Origin: Oopsacas minuta
Taxonomy: Eukaryota > Animalia > Porifera
Reading direction: 5' to 3'
Assembly: GCA_024704765.1 (NCBI GenBank)
Contig: JAKMXF010000055.1
Coordinates: forward strand, 62,001 to 126,000
Length of the DNA stretch: 64,000 nucleotides
Below the pieces are notes generated by a model. It searched no databases. It had not been told where the DNA came from and worked only from the letters and a program-made list of their open reading frames with translations. This document shows, one piece after another, positions 59,375 through 64,000 of this stretch. The first letter of the stretch is position 1, and each line of letters begins with the position of its first letter. The position numbers and the translations under genes were made by a program.

Positions 59375-60654
59375 GTGGAATTCGTTGGTGTTACCTGTTG
59401 GACAATAAAGGAGTCATATTAATTTCCTATTAAGTATTTATCGTGTATCTAACTCACATTATCATCTTTAGATTCCACGATTTCTTGACCTGTACTAGAA
59501 AATACGAAATATTTATAACAGGAAGTCTGTATCTGCTATTTCCANGTGGAACTCGGATTGTATTATAAGTAATTAAAATTTGGTTTGAAAGATGTATGTG
59601 TTAACCAAGTGATCCGAAACTGACAGTAAAACCAAAATTGGGAAGTCGAAAAAACATGATTAGATGAAGTGATAATGTATTCTATTCCTGTATGATTATT
59701 TTTCCCTATAGAGCCAACTCAATTAAACCAAGGGTCACACTCGTCACTCTTCTTTAATGTATTTCTCGAATGCTTCAACACTACAACACTCATCTCTCAT
59801 TTTCTAAACTGCAAATTTTAATTTTTATAAAAGTATTGAATTTATTATAATTTATTTATTTATTATTCTATTATTAGAATGGAATTAAATCGCTTTTGAA
59901 TTGCAAATAATGTTCAGCATACGATATAACCGATGAAAAAATATGTTACGGTTTGGGGCCATATTGTAGAATTCGGGACACTCGATATACATAGATATTT
60001 CGAATTTTGAATTTATATATCTGAGTTGGATATAACGGGATTTGACTGTAGCAGGTATATTATGCCAGCAGGATTATAATATATGCAAAGCTAAGCCTTG
60101 TAATAATACTTTTAGACAGATTCAAATCGCGTTTGAGATAGAACAGACAGTCTAATTATTACTATAATATCTCTTGGAAAATCCTACATAAAATAGCAAT
60201 TATGATTCTACGCAGCAACAGACAATAAGTATATCAGAAATTATGTTTAACTCCATTTAATAGCAATTGGGTGATATCTATCCAGTATTGTCAATTCTGG
60301 AGTTATCAGCACATATCCTCCTATCCTCTCACAGGGCTCACAGAATGAGCATAGTCCGTCTTATCACAAGATCAGCTCTTTGATAACATCCGTTCAAGGT
60401 ACAGACTTACGTATACTAACAATTATTGTATGAACTATCCTCAGTTGCGTAGTTAGCCAGCCATTACTGGTGGGGTACAGGTTATTATGCTGGGACATAC
60501 TTAAAATTATTCCACATTCTTTACAATCTGAGCATTAACAAATAGGAAGAAATATCCTTTCGAGTGTACTTTGTTGCCCCATTCTAGCCGTTAAGAAGAA
60601 GTCTCCCCGCTTGTTTCAAGATTTCAATTATTTGTTTACTTTATATTTCATGAA

Positions 60655-61130
60655 AACAACAATAAATTTACATATGATTAATTATATTAAAAGTGTGAAA
60701 ATCGGATTCAGTATATGCGATATATTTATTTTCTTGAATTCTGTTTATTTTTTGTTAACTCGATAAATGCAAAATCTTGTAATTGCTAGATTTGAGTTCA
60801 ATATAGCATTCGATAAATCCTTTCCTTGACAACAAACAAACAAACAAACAAACAAACAAACAAACAAACAAACGGACGAATAAACATAGCAATTAAAAAT
60901 CTATATTATTGAATCTCAATTGTTGTCTGACTGCTTGTTTGTTTGTTTGTTTGTTGTCCGTTGTCAAGGAAAGGATTTACGGTATGCAATTTTGAATTTG
61001 TCGTATAACTATCTATTTATCGTGTTTATCAAGGAAGTAAATAATAATTCAATAAAACTTCACTAAATTTATCGAACATGTTTAATCCGATTTTCACACT
61101 TTTGGATTAATCATATGGAAATTTATTGTT
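60655..61130. repeat. Nested inverted repeats around (AAAC)n/(GTTT)n tracts; head-to-head copies of an interspersed repeat also at ~46090-46200
   Basis: TAAATCCTTTCCTTGACAAC(AAAC)n vs (GTTT)nGTCCGTTGTCAAGGAAAGGATTTA; outer arms AAAAGTGTGAAAATCGGATT / AATCCGATTTTCACACTTTT. Confidence 0.7.
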
Positions 61131-61656
61131 GTCTAACTTGAGGAAGTAAGCTGTCGCGCAGCTACCTAGCAAGCGAAACTCGCTAGTATAGATTACTTAT
61201 GTTATAATTATATTCGTTTGTTATTTTGTTAATGTTTTCAGGCAAAGGAGTCCATATCGAGCTACACAAGGTATTGGATATGCAAGAGATGAGATTTACT
61301 GCGATACACACACAAAAGATTAGCATGACAGGAGGGAGGTTCAAAACGATAATTAAATCAAAAAGATTGCTATAAGCACCTATGATATTCACAAAATAAC
61401 TCAAAAATTCCCCTTCCTGAACATTAGTATATTGATTTTTTCCATTATTTATATCTTAATACAGCTGATTCTTATTTATTGCTTAGTTTAGCATTCTATC
61501 ACTAGCTAATTCCTATATATTCTAGTATTTCATTTGTTGTAATCTTATTTATGTTTTATTGTTGTTTACTATTGTACTATAGCACCTATAGTCCTTCATT
61601 CCCTTCATTAACTCTTTGTTAATTTTATCTCCTTGTTTAGATCTAGGTTCCTAATA

Positions 61657-61776
61657 ATGGCTCCTAATGTGTAGACGGATAAATACCACATCAAGGGACA
61701 CTAGGGCTATACCACATCTACTCTAGACTGGTGTGAGGAGAACTATATCGTGTTACATTATGTCGCAGAGTTCTAG
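61657..61776 (+). pseudogene. ACER3: Alkaline ceramidase (ACER3-like) first exon with three stops (not in ORF track)
   Basis: [37 protein letters not shown] vs ACER3 MAP...[27 protein letters not shown]. Confidence 0.88.
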
Positions 61777-62069
61777 ATACAATTTCTCTTCTAACAAACT
61801 TATATCTAAACCTCGCAATGAATATAGGAAAATAGAAATGGGATTTCCTCATCTAGCATAGAGGTCGTATTAAATATGACTTTAGTAGAAAGGACCCCTC
61901 TTTCCTTTCTCTCTCAGGAGAGCAGAGTTCTTCTCTTTCAATTCTCTCACTTCATCTTCCCACTTATTCTTATCAGTCAATGCATCCTGTAGCTCTCCCG
62001 AAGCTGAGATATTGTCCTTGATAAGTTGGGCTACTACTTTCTTTAATGAGACATTGTCTCTATTTACAA

Positions 62070-63010
62070 TGCACTATTTCTATGATTCTCTGAAGCTTTG
62101 CGTTCTTTTGCAATAAACTACACTCCAAATATTTAATAAACAGAACTTACCTCTACTAGAACTAGCACAAGATACCAGCTGTTGAGGTGATAGCCTCCGC
62201 AGCCGGAATACCTCCTACGAATATCGTACAAATATAGACAAAATATTTGTTGTTGATATTCATGTCGCGGCAGTTGACTTCACGTATTAATTGAGTTATT
62301 CATTCTAGGTTAATTTGACTTGATTAAGGATGTTGAGGAGTCAACAGCCCCAGAACAACCCCCTCCACCTATTTCACAACCTCAAAAAGTCTCCAGGAAG
62401 CGTAAACACACAGAATCCGAATGTAATACACCACCAACTTCACCAACAAAGGACTTCATGTATCTAAATAATTCCTCAAAGTCTCCTCATCCTGTAACGA
62501 CCCCCAAAACACCCAAAACACCACAAACTCCTGTGACTCCCAATAATTCTACAGAATGTTGCAAAGAGTCCCATCTCAAGACCCCGCGTAAGCGTTTGAT
62601 GCTATCGTCCCTTCCCCGTAAATGGAAAAACAATTGGAATTCAATCCTTCCTCTCCAGGGGCAACATCTACATCACTTTCGGAGTTATTCGATTACGATG
62701 ATTATCTCGTAAGAGATCCACAAAGGAAAAATATACTCCCCCTTCTATCCCCATCTTTAGTCCTAAATGTTCTCCCATCGCAGAAAGTGAATTTCTATCT
62801 CCATTCTTCTGCCAAGAAGAATTGGTATAAATAATAGTGTAATATTAGTAATCTCTTTTAGTTACATTTTTGTTGTAAGGGAATAATGATATGATCCTCC
62901 CTTTATCATACATCGTGTCAGGTATTTGGGCAGCGATTGTTTGTTGTTAAGCAGCTAGAGACATAAGTGTCTCTTTAGCAGAAGTATTGCTTGTTCGGAC
63001 ATCTACTGAG
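62070..63010 (+). repeat. Third copy of the S/T/P-rich ORF duplication (ORFs 62320-62834)
   Basis: Near-identical to ~38430-39370. Confidence 0.92.
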
Positions 63011-64000
63011 CAGGGTTTGGTTTTGCCCTGTCCAAAACTGGTTTGGGCGGACAGTGGGAAAAACCCGGTTTTTACCGGCCAAAACTGGGCAAAACCGAGC
63101 AATACTGGTCAATTCTATACCCTTCAATAATAAGAATACCTATATTACTTGTTGATATCTTATTTTGCTTTGGGAATATACTATTGACACTGGCTTACAA
63201 TGTGAACAGTAAAGTGATCATAAAATGTGTGGTTTCAACCAATTAATATACTAATAAAGTATTCGTACATATATACTTTCTAAACAGGTATAATTATCCA
63301 AAGCATTTGTGATATTATAGAAATTGACTACTATCGTGCAGATTGTATATCTTACTTACATAAATTGACCAGTTTGAAATGGCACAAGGAGGAAGGCCCA
63401 TTGATTCAGTATGGAAATTTTTCATCAAAGTTGAAGATGGTGGAAAAATACGAGCAAAGTGTATAAAATGTAGTGCTATGATCAGTGCAAAGGCTGGGAG
63501 GCTTAGAACTCATCTTGAAAAATGCTCTCAAAGCCAACTCCAAAATAATTTTCCTAAAGACGACCTTCTTGAAATATTAGTACCTTTTAACAGTAGTGAC
63601 ACAACTATACCACCAGAAAAACGTGTATGTCATAAGATCATTCAATCCAAGTTGAATGATCTGGTTATACACCTCCTACAAGGAAAAGTCCAGCTGGAGG
63701 TCTTCTTGATAAGACATTTAATGAAGTAACCACCATGACTGCTTCAGCTCTGGAAGGGAAGGATGTTACTCTAGTGCAGGATGGATGGAGTGACATACAC
63801 AACTCCCCTGTAATTGCCCATTGTGTACATTCAGGAGAAAGATCTTATTTTCTGAATTCTGTTGACACTGGATCAAACAAGAAAACTGCTACTTATTGTA
63901 CTTCTTTAGCTATCGAAGCGTCCAAAGAAGCAACCGATAAATTTGAGTGTAAAGTTGTTGCTGTCGTTACTGACAATGAACAAAAAATGCAGTCAATGCG
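63011..64000 (+). mobile_element. hAT (DUF659-type) transposon 5' part, running out of the window
   Basis: Starts CAGGGTTTGG with AAAACC/GGTTT subterminal repeats; BED finger VW.FF...AKC.KC...LR.HL.KC; after a frameshift QDGWSDIHN, VVTDN. Confidence 0.85.

Noticed and set aside
60240-60620. GC-richer exon-like stretch on the minus strand
   Set aside because: Multiple stops in the frames examined and no recognisable motif
34012-61776. Alternative genetic code (TAG = Trp), suggested by TAG at Trp sites in ACER3 and CTSB
   Set aside because: Stops fall at Trp, Gln, Tyr and other positions using all three stop codons, and frameshifts co-occur; ordinary pseudogenisation fits. A RIP-like CpA bias is not testable on so few sites

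Overview
AT-rich animal genomic DNA with short GT-AG introns. A compact invertebrate such as a sponge is plausible but cannot be determined from sequence. The window is a repeat-rich graveyard of decayed DNA transposons (Buster/hAT, Tc1 DD34E, Merlin/IS1595, Kolobok, MULE, MITEs). It also holds segmental duplications and orphan exon fragments of host genes, mostly stop- or frameshift-disrupted (PCM1-like x2, cyclin Y, eIF2-alpha kinase, Argonaute PIWI, liprin-alpha, cathepsin B, alkaline ceramidase, Ig domain). The one intact element is a 6.06-kb, visibly GC-richer minus-strand retroelement at 48785-54846. It has a Penelope-type RT with no recognisable endonuclease, preceded by a Gag-like ORF (RS-rich region plus two CCHC knuckles) and a 250-aa ORF1. 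It is bounded by a perfect 37-bp direct repeat, with a 5-unit heat-shock element and TATA box just before the 3' repeat, giving an R-ORFs-U3-R layout. It sits inside an 11.2-kb block that is a circular permutation of a hAT::Kolobok nest with 170-bp terminal redundancy. Several clean micro-inversions and fold-back palindromes are also visible. All family calls are from motif recognition by eye; no searches were run.
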